Shown: piece by piece, positions 54,268-64,000 of the stretch | Numbering within the stretch: the first letter of the stretch is position 1 | Layout: the number at the start of each line of letters is the position of its first letter | IMG/VR virus record: IMGVR_UViG_3300031949_000003 | From: a virus | Lineage: Duplodnaviria; Caudoviricetes | Strand: one strand, 5' to 3' | DNA: 64,000 nucleotides | Notes under the pieces: model-generated | The model's database searches: none | What the model was told of the DNA's origin: nothing | The model's input: only the letters and a program-made list of their open reading frames with translations | Translations under genes and position numbers: made by a program

Positions 54268-54298
54268 CTGCCTGCCTCCCAAGATTCTACGCCCAAGA

Positions 54299-54694
54299 CT
54301 AGCGGAACGTACGAAGCGCCCGCACATAGCCGCGACTCTCACTGCCTGGCGTCGCCGGAGCGCTGGGAGCAGGGAGCTGCCGACGTTGAAGGACAGTCGT
54401 CCGCTGAGGACCTGACACGATGAGAGCGCGACCACCTGTCGGTTGATTGGGTTGATTTGTTTGATTCACCACGACTGGACGATCACCCATCATCTGCACC
54501 TCCACGCGCGGCAGAGGTTCTCGGACGATCGCGTCTCGGTAAGGATTCCGATCGTCTGAAACACGTGGAGCGCGAAGCCCGAGGGAGACACGCGCTGCTT
54601 CGAGGGCACGCGCCTGGTCGTCGGATGCAAGACTCACGAGGCAATCGCAGATCACGCTCACGACAGCGTGCAACGGGGTCTTGTCCGTACTCAT
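54299..54694 (-). CDS. hypothetical protein
   Basis: GGAGG upstream. Confidence 0.65.
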   Translation of the reverse strand: MSTDKTPLHAVVSVICDCLVSLASDDQARALEAARVSLGLRAPRVSDDRNPYRDAIVREPLPRVEVQMMGDRPVVVNQTNQPNQPTGGRALIVSGPQRTTVLQRRQLPAPSAPATPGSESRGYVRALRTFR

Positions 54695-54720
54695 TCGATC
54701 CTCCGCTTAGAGCGTTGATC

Positions 54721-55119
54721 TTACATCCCCGGAAGCTTGGATGCCGTGATTCCGTCACCACTGCGCAGGCGCGTGTGCCGCCGACGCCAGCTCGGCAGGT
54801 AATGATCCATGCGCGCGTAGAAGCGCTCGTCGTGCCCGGATCCCTTCTCGTCGTTGACGAGGAGGTGCACGAGCTCGTGCACCACCACATATTCGAGGTC
54901 GCCTGGCGACATGTCCGCGAGTGACTGGCTGATCCACAAGCGACGCTCCGGCAGGTTCAGCGATCCAAACGAGCGCATTTTCTTGATGCGGAACTCGCTG
55001 AGGGTCACACCCAAGATCGGCTGCCACTTGTCGAGGATCTTCTGGACGCACTTTTGAAGACGCGTGCGCTCCTGGTGATCCGCGATCTCGCGGTCGAGCT
55101 GGCGGGGCGTCTTCACCAC
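54721..55119 (-). CDS. YgjP/DUF45 (M48-like) metallopeptidase domain with QLDREI tag
   Basis: FGS, LEYVVVHELVHL, GHDERFY, YLPSWR. Confidence 0.85.
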   Translation of the reverse strand: MVKTPRQLDREIADHQERTRLQKCVQKILDKWQPILGVTLSEFRIKKMRSFGSLNLPERRLWISQSLADMSPGDLEYVVVHELVHLLVNDEKGSGHDERFYARMDHYLPSWRRRHTRLRSGDGITASKLPGM

Positions 55120-55927
55120 GATGATCGTAGCTCAGTCCTCGCCCGCAAGGGCGTTGCCTCTCGAAGGCTCTTGGCGGTCGAGCTGTGCGGGATCTTTCTT
55201 GACCGTCAAACACCCTCACGCGAAACTGAGGTCGTGCCACGAGCCACGGATTTTGTGCGGGAATTCAAGGGCGCGCGGGGATTCAAGGACGGCTGGTACT
55301 ACCGGTTGACCGACGGGTATCCCTGGATCGGACCATTCGTGACAGAACACATTGCTGGTCACGCGAGAGCACATGTGACCAGTAACGCCAGAGACGTCTG
55401 GTCCGAACCGCAGTGGCTCAAGATCTCCACGTCCGTCGCCCTTGGTCGTCTCTTCCTGACACCGCCCCGCGGCGCCCCCGCATTTAAGATACCTGCGACA
55501 AGCCGCCACACGGTCCCGGCATCATTGCCGCTTCAATCAAACGGCTACCAAGCGCGACCACGACTCGCACTGTCCACCCGTCAAGAAGCCCCCGCAGGGC
55601 GCGCTGAGAGAGCCGCTCCAGAATCGGTCATGGTCCCACGTCGGCGCGGTTCACGAACAGCCTGACGCCTGACGCTGATCTAGCTGTGCTGCCCAACAAT
55701 CGGCGGAGCAGTCCACAAACTGTTGCCCGTTTATCGATCAAATGGCAACGCCGCCCGCAGGGCCGTTTCGGGGACAACCGGCCGAAACACGAAGGTCAGC
55801 GGACTACTCACGTCAGGCAAACAGAAGATGGCATCAGGTCTTGTCTGCATCCTTCGTGATGGGGACTACGTCGATCGGTATTCTCGTGTACTTCCTGGAA
55901 TGCCTCTCATGAAATAGCCGCTCGACT

Positions 55928-57199
55928 CTAGAGGAGTGTGAGCTGCGCTGCTTTCGTATGTTGAGACGAAGCTGGAGCGTGACGATCTTCGAGTCCCTGT
56001 ATGTGGCGACCGAGGAGTCCGGTAAACAACGGGGGCACACACTCACCAATCACGTCGCGAAGTAGTGTGTCCTGAGGCATTTTCGATTCGTCCGGCATGC
56101 ACCATCGGTACGTTGAAACATCAATGCCCTGAAGAATTGCAACCTCAAGAGTGGAAAGTACGCGGTGCTGCTCGGGATGTCCTTTGTGATCAGAGCAAAC
56201 ATACGCAGACCTAGTTGTCACTGTTGAGCCGGGCCTGTCCCAGTACATGCGCTTATAGGCAGATGGGAAACCGGAGATAATCTGAAGTACTCCATCGCGG
56301 ACGACCGTAGGCCGGCAAAGATCTTCGCCGCAAGAACGACAGTGAGTGAGCGTCTTTTCATTGGCAATTATGCAAGACGGGCAGTCATTCTCGAATGCAG
56401 ATTGCCCCTCTGGGGTGGCGGCAAGCCACCGGTACAGCTCGTCCCGCCAACGCGGGACCCTATGCAATTCGAGACCCTCGACAGGAGAAGATCGACGGCC
56501 CTTCGCATCGAGAGCTGGAAAGTGGCCGAGCACCTCTCGAAGGGTGCGCCATCGACGAACGGATCCAACAGGATTGCTTGAATGCGTTGGTGCTGGCAAC
56601 AGGTTGCATTGCCGCCGTCCACCCCGCCTGAATAGGCCGACGGTTCGCAGCCGACGTTGGGGTAGACCAAAATCGGCAAGTTCTACCTGCTGAAAACATC
56701 CTTCGTATCCAAGCGCCCAAAGCTGCTCGCTCATGAGGTCGGTAACAAGTCGACTCTTCCCGCTCTCGTCCGCATCGAATGTGTTCATCATGCGGCAGAC
56801 GTTTTCGAAGAAAAACCACTTTGGCAGCAGCCTTCGCATCGCGTGTAGAACCGGTAGATAGAGCCGATTACGCGCATCGACTTCGGGTCGATAGCCAGAT
56901 GCCTTCGACCGTATCAGACTGCCGATTCCATTCTTGGACATGCCCTGGCACGGAGGCGTCGCCGTGAGAAGGAACAGTTCCGTCTCCTTTCGCTCGCGAA
57001 GCTGGCGCTCAATGTGGTGAATCAATGGGTCGACATGCGCTTCGACGTCGATCGTGTGCACCGCTCGTCCGAAATTCGAACGTGCCAAGGCCGCGCGCTT
57101 CGGCTCGATCTCTGCGAGCAATACGTGTTCTAGACCGGCGGATCGAAATCCCGTGTCGCCGAATCCAGCACCCGAAAAGAGACTCGCCTGCAACTTCAT
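55928..57199 (-). CDS. DNA (cytosine-5) methyltransferase
   Basis: LFSGAG, PPCQGMS, FENV, PQRRLR, GECVPP. Confidence 0.92.
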   Translation of the reverse strand: MKLQASLFSGAGFGDTGFRSAGLEHVLLAEIEPKRAALARSNFGRAVHTIDVEAHVDPLIHHIERQLRERKETELFLLTATPPCQGMSKNGIGSLIRSKASGYRPEVDARNRLYLPVLHAMRRLLPKWFFFENVCRMMNTFDADESGKSRLVTDLMSEQLWALGYEGCFQQVELADFGLPQRRLRTVGLFRRGGRRQCNLLPAPTHSSNPVGSVRRWRTLREVLGHFPALDAKGRRSSPVEGLELHRVPRWRDELYRWLAATPEGQSAFENDCPSCIIANEKTLTHCRSCGEDLCRPTVVRDGVLQIISGFPSAYKRMYWDRPGSTVTTRSAYVCSDHKGHPEQHRVLSTLEVAILQGIDVSTYRWCMPDESKMPQDTLLRDVIGECVPPLFTGLLGRHIQGLEDRHAPASSQHTKAAQLTLL

Positions 57200-57584
57200 C
57201 GCGGCACCTTCAATTGCTTGTCCGCCAAGTTAAGATGCGCGGGAACGATGTTCGACGGATCTCATGCGCAGTCACCTTGCGGGATCAAGCGTGATTTGTA
57301 TCAGACCGGTATGACGGACGTGCGGTGGGGGTGCACGACCAGTTCGAGGGATTTTCTCGGGCGGTTTCCAAAAGATCAGTGAGATCGATCGATTGCGGAA
57401 GCCCGCAAGCCCTTGGCGCGGCCGTTCGGTAAACCGTATCGGTGCAGGTGTTCGGCGATCTCGTGGTCGAGCTGCGCGGGCGTCTTCTTACAGCTGATCG
57501 CTGGAAGTCGAAGTTCCGCTGGCGTGTGGTCCGCGTCATCGACACGGTCGCGACGGTCGCGATCTAACGCGCGTCGGTTGACCG

Positions 57585-58313
57585 CTACGAAGGTGTGCCG
57601 CCGCTGGTCGACAGCAGCCACCAGCCGCCGAGGATAGCGTCCCAGACGAGAATGACTCCGCCGGCCTCCCCGATCGATAACGTGATCACCGTCCAACCGA
57701 TAAAGTTGGCGGGGGTGAGCGTGAACTGGATGTTGGTGGCTGCGCTGGTCGTGATCTGCTTGGTCTGCCCATCGACCGTGCCGTCTGCCAAGGTGAGAGG
57801 CACCAAGCTCGGCGCCTCTGGGACAAGGCCGCTGTGCACCACGAAGGTGACGTCGGGCGCCGGATCCACCGCACCGCCCGCGAGCGTCGGAATGTCCAGG
57901 TGCTCGGTCGTCGGTGCGATGTCACCGGTGCCGGTAGGGCCGGTGGAGCCGGTGGAGCCGTCAGGGCCGGTGGGTCCCGTCGGGCCAGTGGGTCCCGTAC
58001 TGCCGCTGCCCGTCAATCCAATCGGCCCCGTCGGTCCGGTTGGTCCGATCGGTCCGTCGCTCGGTCCAGTCGGTCCGGTCGATCCCGTAGGTCCCGTACT
58101 GTCGCTGCCGGTAGCTCCTGTGGATCCTGTCGGACCTGTCGGACCCGTCGGGCCTGTCGGACCCGTCGGGCCTGTCGGTCCGTCGCTCGGTCCCGTCGGT
58201 CCCGTCGGTCCTGTCGCGCCGTCGAGTCCATCGTGACCGCGCTTGCCCCGCTTGCCGCGCTCGCCTTCGCAGTCGTCGGTGCAATCCGGGATACGCCTGG
58301 TGATTTCGGCCAT
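57585..58313 (-). CDS. collagen-like protein with distinct C-terminal domain
   Basis: GPT repeats; [13 protein letters not shown]; TTGCCT-17-TAGCGT upstream. Confidence 0.85.
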   Translation of the reverse strand: MAEITRRIPDCTDDCEGERGKRGKRGHDGLDGATGPTGPTGPSDGPTGPTGPTGPTGPTGPTGSTGATGSDSTGPTGSTGPTGPSDGPIGPTGPTGPIGLTGSGSTGPTGPTGPTGPDGSTGSTGPTGTGDIAPTTEHLDIPTLAGGAVDPAPDVTFVVHSGLVPEAPSLVPLTLADGTVDGQTKQITTSAATNIQFTLTPANFIGWTVITLSIGEAGGVILVWDAILGGWWLLSTSGGTPS

Positions 58314-58559
58314 GGTGGGATCAACGCTAGTTCAAGGCAGGATCACAGGCAATTTTTCGTCCTGCCATCGAAACCCGAAACCTCATTGGAAATCGGGCCC
58401 TTTAGACACAGCCAGGGGTGCGCGCTCTGCGAAGCGCCGCGTGTGATCACTGGATGTTCACCGAGCTGCTGAGGAAGGCGGTCGCCGAACGCGTGAGGTT
58501 CCGGGCATGGTTCCGTGCCCGACCTGCCACGATCACAAGTTCGTGCGGATCGTGGATGG

Positions 58560-58910
58560 TCACGTCGTTCCGCCGCCGCCGCACAGCGCCGGCCACAGCG
58601 GATCCAGGCACCGAACGGATCGCCGAGTAAACAGCCTCAACGCATGAGGCGATCGGCGATCGCGCGCGGCGTAGATCGACAGGTCGACGTCAGCGCCGAG
58701 CTTGCCGGTTCGATCGAGTTGGTTCGCGATGCGATAGATCGCCTCGGCCTCGCGCTCCAAGACCTTCGGGAACGTCTTCACGCGCTTCCGCATGTCGGCC
58801 GCTTCGAGATCGTCGAACAACCCGAACTGATGCGTTACGCGCTGCCAATCGTCATCCGTTGGCGTCGTCTTCGATTTCGGCGATGTCTTCCCAGGCTTCT
58901 TTGTTGCCAC
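58560..58910 (-). CDS. hypothetical protein
   Basis: ORF track; basic N-terminus. Confidence 0.5.
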   Translation of the reverse strand: MATKKPGKTSPKSKTTPTDDDWQRVTHQFGLFDDLEAADMRKRVKTFPKVLEREAEAIYRIANQLDRTGKLGADVDLSIYAARDRRSPHALRLFTRRSVRCLDPLWPALCGGGGTT

Positions 58911-59068
58911 CGACGCCGATCATCGAGCGGTCTGTACAGGAATGCGAATTGCCGTCGGTCGCGGCCTGGAGTACAACCGGGCCCTCCAAACGAGGCCGCG
59001 CCAACCTGTAATCGCGATCGATTGCCTCCGCGATCGCGCGGATTGAAACACCCGAGCATGTCGCACTC

Positions 59069-59788
<720 letters not shown>

Positions 59789-59790
59789 AC

Positions 59791-60204
59791 GTGCAGGTAC
59801 GGCCTGACGAGATGGTCATGATCCGCAACACGAAAGCCGCTCAGAGGGAGCTACTACGTGTGGCGCTCGTGCACCCTCCGTTTCCCATCGTGCTGCGCGT
59901 TCGGGACTTCCGCCGATCGCTGTTCGAGCTGGAAATGCTGATGACGGTGCCGGACACGAACAGCGGGCGCTACATCTGCCAGACGCTCGTGTTCGAGTGT
60001 GCGCTTCCCGTCTCACGACACAAATTCATCCGCTTCGTTGAAACGGCGCTGCGCGAAGCGGTCATGCACGAACTCTACGAGAGCCTTCACGTAGATGGCA
60101 AACGAGTACGTGACCCGCATGAAAGCCGTGAGGCTGGACGCGCGTGGACCGTGGTCGAAGACATGAGATGCTTTACACGCGCGAGAACGCGCTCGCGGGC
60201 GTGA
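59791..60204 (+). CDS. hypothetical protein
   Basis: HELYESLHVDGKRVRDPH C-terminal motif. Confidence 0.6.
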   Translation: MQVRPDEMVMIRNTKAAQRELLRVALVHPPFPIVLRVRDFRRSLFELEMLMTVPDTNSGRYICQTLVFECALPVSRHKFIRFVETALREAVMHELYESLHVDGKRVRDPHESREAGRAWTVVEDMRCFTRARTRSRA

Positions 60205-60218
60205 CGATTGTCGATTCT

Positions 60219-60746
60219 TCACTCCTCGATAATCGCGCCAGCGCGCTCGGCCGCGGCGCGGCCCGCCTTCGTGAACGGGCCGACCGCGACCAGCTCAGGC
60301 GAGACCTCGGATCGGTACGCGTCGAACAGGACCTGCGACAGCCCGCGCCCGCGCGCGTCGGGATCGACCCAGATGTGGTGCACGTATGGTCGGCCGTACT
60401 CGACGGCGTAGGCGAGTCCGGCTAGCGGATCGGCCACGCCTCCGTTGGACAAAACGATCAAGATCCGCCCCGCACGAGCCCCGCCGTAGTTCTTACCCGT
60501 CGTGAAGATCAAGTCCCAAGGTTCGGGCACGCCCACGAGCGAGATCTCGATCTGTTCGCGCCGCGTGATGCGCTCATCGATGAGCGCTTCGTGCACGCGC
60601 TCACGCGTCACGCGCTCCATGCCGCCGTTGCCGCCGTTGCCGCCGTTGCCGTTGCCTCGCGCCAGTGTCTCGTTGATCTCGCGATCGAGCTGTTTGGCCG
60701 GCGTCTTCTTCGCCGGAGCCGGTACCCGCGGCACGCGTTTCTTCAT
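60219..60746 (-). CDS. GNAT-like acetyltransferase with QLDREI tag
   Basis: HIWVDPDARGRGLSQVL acetyl-CoA motif A; KKTPAKQLDREINETL. Confidence 0.65.
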   Translation of the reverse strand: MKKRVPRVPAPAKKTPAKQLDREINETLARGNGNGGNGGNGGMERVTRERVHEALIDERITRREQIEISLVGVPEPWDLIFTTGKNYGGARAGRILIVLSNGGVADPLAGLAYAVEYGRPYVHHIWVDPDARGRGLSQVLFDAYRSEVSPELVAVGPFTKAGRAAAERAGAIIEE

Positions 60747-60924
60747 TACGACACCAGCACCAACTCGGATACCGGGAAGATCCACGGCCCACGGCCGAGC
60801 TGCTTGTGCCACTCGATCACGTACGCATCGGAGCCGACGATCCGCTCGACGGCAGCCGTGGCCCCGTCAGGGAGCATCACGATGGCTCCAGGCCGGATCG
60901 ATTCATCTTCCTCGCGTGGCAGCT

Positions 60925-61413
60925 TCATGGCGTCTCTCCACTCATCGGCTCTTCACTCACCGGCTCTTCACTCACCGGCTCTTCACTCACCGGCTCTTCA
61001 CTCACCGGCTCTTCACTCACCGGCTCTTCACTCGCCGGCGCCTCGTCGGCAAGAGCGTCAGCCATCGCCCGCTCGGCCAGCTCGGCGTGCACGTAGCGGG
61101 TCAACTCGCGCTCGATCGCACCGTCCGAGAGCGTCGCCGCCGCGAGGTCGCCCGTCGTGACGCCGAGCTTGTCCTGGATCACGGCGCACGCCGCGTCGAC
61201 CGCGCGCTCGACGAGCGCCTCGATCGCGACCTCGCACGTCATGATCGCGGTCGGGCCGGCGTGCCCGTTGACGTTGACGCCGCGAAACGACCGCAGCGCG
61301 TTGTTCCACGTCGCACGGTTGATGAGGCCGCGCGTGTAGAGCACGTTGATCTGCGCCTCGGTAAGCGCGGCGCTCTCTTTCGTCTCTTTCGTCTCTTTCG
61401 TCTCTTCCTTCAT
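60925..61413 (-). CDS. hypothetical protein with KET and EEPVS repeats
   Basis: GGAG upstream; repeats at both termini. Confidence 0.65.
   Translation of the reverse strand: MKEETKETKETKESAALTEAQINVLYTRGLINRATWNNALRSFRGVNVNGHAGPTAIMTCEVAIEALVERAVDAACAVIQDKLGVTTGDLAAATLSDGAIERELTRYVHAELAERAMADALADEAPASEEPVSEEPVSEEPVSEEPVSEEPVSEEPMSGETP
60946..61033. repeat. 15-bp tandem repeat, about 6 copies
   Basis: cggctcttcactcac unit. Confidence 0.95.
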
Positions 61414-61527
61414 GATCGTCTCCCTTCGCGCGAGTTGAACGCCCAGTGTTGCCTTTAAGTGCCATGAGCTAGGTTGCGCTTCGCGATCGCTATTCGCGAT
61501 TGCGATTGCGCGGATTGAAACAAACCT

Positions 61528-61944
61528 TCAGTGCCAATCGAGCACGATCTTCGTGTCCGGCGGCAGCGCGCGGACGTATGCCGCGATCGCCGTCTGATAC
61601 GGCCCGCCGCGATGGCCGTCGTAACGGAAGTGCTCCTCCAACCACGGCAGGAGGTGTTGCGGCGAGACGACCTCGTACGGAGAGCCGTAGGAGTCCTTCT
61701 CGCGGATCGTCCCGTAGATAGGCTCGCCCTGGTAATAACCCTCGGCGACACGAGCCCCGACGTAGGACGTCACGTCATGCCCGACCGGCATCTTCGAGAG
61801 ATGGGGCTTCACCATCTTCTCGAAAGCGAGGTAGTCGTCATGGCTGACGCCCCCCAGATCCAGGATCGTGTGGGAGTGGCCCCACAGACGTCCGTCGCTC
61901 ACGTGCCAGTGCTCGCAAGGCAGTAGGCGAAGATCGAGGCCCAT
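61528..61944 (-). CDS. hypothetical protein
   Basis: GGGAG upstream; MGLDL...VLDWH. Confidence 0.7.
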   Translation of the reverse strand: MGLDLRLLPCEHWHVSDGRLWGHSHTILDLGGVSHDDYLAFEKMVKPHLSKMPVGHDVTSYVGARVAEGYYQGEPIYGTIREKDSYGSPYEVVSPQHLLPWLEEHFRYDGHRGGPYQTAIAAYVRALPPDTKIVLDWH

Positions 61945-61956
61945 TACGCAGCTCCC

Positions 61957-62214
61957 TTACTCGTTATAGTGATTCGCCGTGGCCGACTTGCCGGCTTCGG
62001 TGATGGTCACCTTCTGCACTGCCGGATCGGCGCGATCGATGTCGATCCAGCCGAGGCTCTGCGCACGCTGCGCTCCTTGGTTCACGTAGTCCTCCGAGTA
62101 ACCGGACGCGTCGAATCGACGCTTGAGCGCGTCCATGTTGGTCGGGCTCTCCTCCACCACACCCGCGACCGTCATCGCGGCCTTGAGAACATCGTCGTTG
62201 CTCATCGTCGTCAT
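61957..62214 (-). CDS. small winged-helix-like protein
   Basis: AQSLGWI...TITEAGK. Confidence 0.55.
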   Translation of the reverse strand: MTTMSNDDVLKAAMTVAGVVEESPTNMDALKRRFDASGYSEDYVNQGAQRAQSLGWIDIDRADPAVQKVTITEAGKSATANHYNE

Positions 62215-62489
62215 CTCTCTTCTCTTCTCCTTGCTTGTTGTTGTTCCACTGCTCGATCACGTACGAGGCAGCGCCTCCGGCAGCGTCGAATTATCGACGG
62301 CCTTCTGCATGGTGCGGCCGGTGCCGGCACTCGTCGACTTCATCTGGTTTCGCGGCTCGTGCGCGAGGTGCCAGCCCACATCGTCGGGGTAGAAGACGAA
62401 CGTCCGATCGCCCTGGTGGGCGAACCAGTAGTCACGGCGGCTGCGATACAGCCGGACACGCTCGCCCCGGATCACCACGCTGCGGTGGC

Positions 62490-63731
62490 TCACGATACAC
62501 CGCCCTTCCCTGCGCCCACCGCACTGCGTGCGGCCTTCTTCGGCTTCTTTGCCTTCTTCGCAGCCGCAGCTTCCTTTGCCGCCTTCTGCGCCATCAGATC
62601 TGCGTAGCGAGCCAGCAGCTTCGCGGGCTCGGTGTACTTGACCTCGATCCCGTAGAGCGCGCCGACCTCGCAGCGCACGGCGCAGAGCAGCTCCGCCTCC
62701 TCCGCAGTCGGCATGACCTTGGGCCAACCCTTCGTGAAGAGCAGATGCTTGGGGATGCGCTTCTCGATCTCGACGCGCTTGGCGGCGAGCTGCTTCGCAC
62801 GTACGAGCGCCGCGCGCTCGGCGTCGCTGAGCAAGTGCGAAGCGACATCGGCGAGCCAGCGGCTGCCCTGGAACGCGAAACCGGAGCGGATCTCCAGGCC
62901 CACCACCGTGTGGAACACAGGCTGATTGGCGGTGATCGACGCCGAGACGCGCTGGTCGGAAAGATCCTGCATGATGCAGTAGCGGCACGAGATCCGCTTC
63001 ATGCCGAGTCCATAGCCCTCGTGCATCTGGAAGCCGCGCGCCGCGCAGAGCGCGAACACCTCTTGCTCGGTCCAGGCCGCGATCGGGTTCCAATCGACGC
63101 CGCTGGTCCCGAGACGCTGATTGGTGAGCCGCTTGTTCATCTTCGAGGTCGGCGCGTTCGTGCGCGGAGATTTCTTGCGTCCTTTGCCCTCTTCACGGCG
63201 GATACCGCACGCGCTGATGATCCGGCGCGCGGGGAAGCGCTTGACCAGCTCGGACGCGATCGGCGCGCTCTTGAGTTCCGACGTGCAGAAGCGCATCGAC
63301 GGCGTGGACCACGGCAAGATGATCTTGACGCACGCCAGATCGATGTAGCGCTTGACGTTGTTCTCCCAACGCTTGATCCAGCGCTTCATCATCCCGCCCG
63401 CGGCGCGACGAGTGACGATCAGCTCGACGCCCAAGAACGCCGCGAGGCGCTCGCAGGTCGGGAGCGAGTCGTCCCATTCGACGTTGAAGGCGGGATCGGG
63501 ATCGCCGAGGTCTGCGTGCACGAGCACGACCGGCCCCTTGTGTCCGACCGCGCGTAGATACTCGACGACTGCGATTCCAGCCGTTATTGAATCCTTGCCC
63601 CCCGAGACACCGATCGCGATCGGTGCGTCCGCCGCGATCAGCGCGAGCACCTCGTCGTCCAGCTCGACACCCCGCTCGATCAGGTTGGGTGGCATCGGGC
63701 GCTTGAGACGAAGGGTGACCAGGTCCTGCAC
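62490..63731 (-). CDS. phosphoadenosine phosphosulfate reductase family protein (start uncertain)
   Basis: GVSGGKDS, HADLG, RFCTSELK, GIRREE, NPIAAWT, RISCRYC. Confidence 0.88.
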   Translation of the reverse strand: MQDLVTLRLKRPMPPNLIERGVELDDEVLALIAADAPIAIGVSGGKDSITAGIAVVEYLRAVGHKGPVVLVHADLGDPDPAFNVEWDDSLPTCERLAAFLGVELIVTRRAAGGMMKRWIKRWENNVKRYIDLACVKIILPWSTPSMRFCTSELKSAPIASELVKRFPARRIISACGIRREEGKGRKKSPRTNAPTSKMNKRLTNQRLGTSGVDWNPIAAWTEQEVFALCAARGFQMHEGYGLGMKRISCRYCIMQDLSDQRVSASITANQPVFHTVVGLEIRSGFAFQGSRWLADVASHLLSDAERAALVRAKQLAAKRVEIEKRIPKHLLFTKGWPKVMPTAEEAELLCAVRCEVGALYGIEVKYTEPAKLLARYADLMAQKAAKEAAAAKKAKKPKKAARSAVGAGKGGVS

Positions 63732-63945
63732 GTTAGAGCGCTCCTTCATGACGACGCACGACCTCGTAGATCGCATCCCAGAACGACTCCGTGGCGCGAG
63801 GCACCGGGAAGAGGTCTGGGCTAGTGGCGCGGAGGTGATCGAACACCTCGGCTGCCGATTCTTGGTCGGTGGGAACGTGGCCGATCGCCGCGAGGAAACG
63901 GCCTTTCAGGTTAGTCGGGTCAGCGATCGTCATGCTTGATGATGT

Positions 63946-63962
63946 TCCACGCGGGATGCCAA
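63946..63962 (-). promoter_or_regulatory. sigma54-like promoter for 63733..63933
   Basis: TTGGCAT-CCCG-CGTGGA (GG instead of GC at -12); ATG 13 nt downstream. Confidence 0.45.
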
Positions 63963-64000
63963 CACGCGTGGAGCATAAGCTGCCGTTCTGACATGGAGCC

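Noticed and set aside
35786-58910. MATKK N-termini (35956, 52533, 58910) as copies of the QLDREI tag
   Set aside because: They lack the QL[DE]REI helix, and basic N-termini are common.
60946-61033. Possible CRISPR array
   Set aside because: Head-to-tail 15-mers without spacers, in frame within an ORF; no cas genes.
61447-61466. Additional sigma54 box (TGGCACTTAAAGGC, minus strand)
   Set aside because: GG-GC spacing is 9 rather than 10 nt.

Overview
High-GC (about two-thirds by eye), gene-dense window made mostly of short, translationally coupled hypothetical ORFs with ATGA/GTGA overlaps. It reads like part of a jumbo phage or other giant extrachromosomal element; a Myxococcota-type host is only inferred, and no capsid, terminase, integrase, rRNA, tRNA or CRISPR array is visible. 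Recognisable genes: macrodomain, Dam-like and Dcm-like methyltransferases, three PAPS-reductase-like PP-loop proteins, radical SAM, dnaJ, infC (IF3), galE, DUF488, SLOG/Mo-carrier-like, M48 peptidase, GNAT-like, kinase-like, ART-like, sulfotransferase-like, three Gly-rich fibre paralogues and three collagen/BclA-like proteins. Main unexplained signals: (1) a peptide tag (H[AS]T)KK[TS]xxQL[DE]REIAExL grafted onto about 12 unrelated ORFs; (2) two further shared peptide motifs, a collagen leader and RGxYG in small membrane proteins; (3) a repeated sigma54-type promoter with paired, phased GGGT-N8-ACCC sites; (4) about 12 apparently leaderless TAnnnT-promoter genes in an element that encodes its own IF3; (5) duplication scars that record gene-block insertion. 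All calls are from motifs read by eye; no searches were run.
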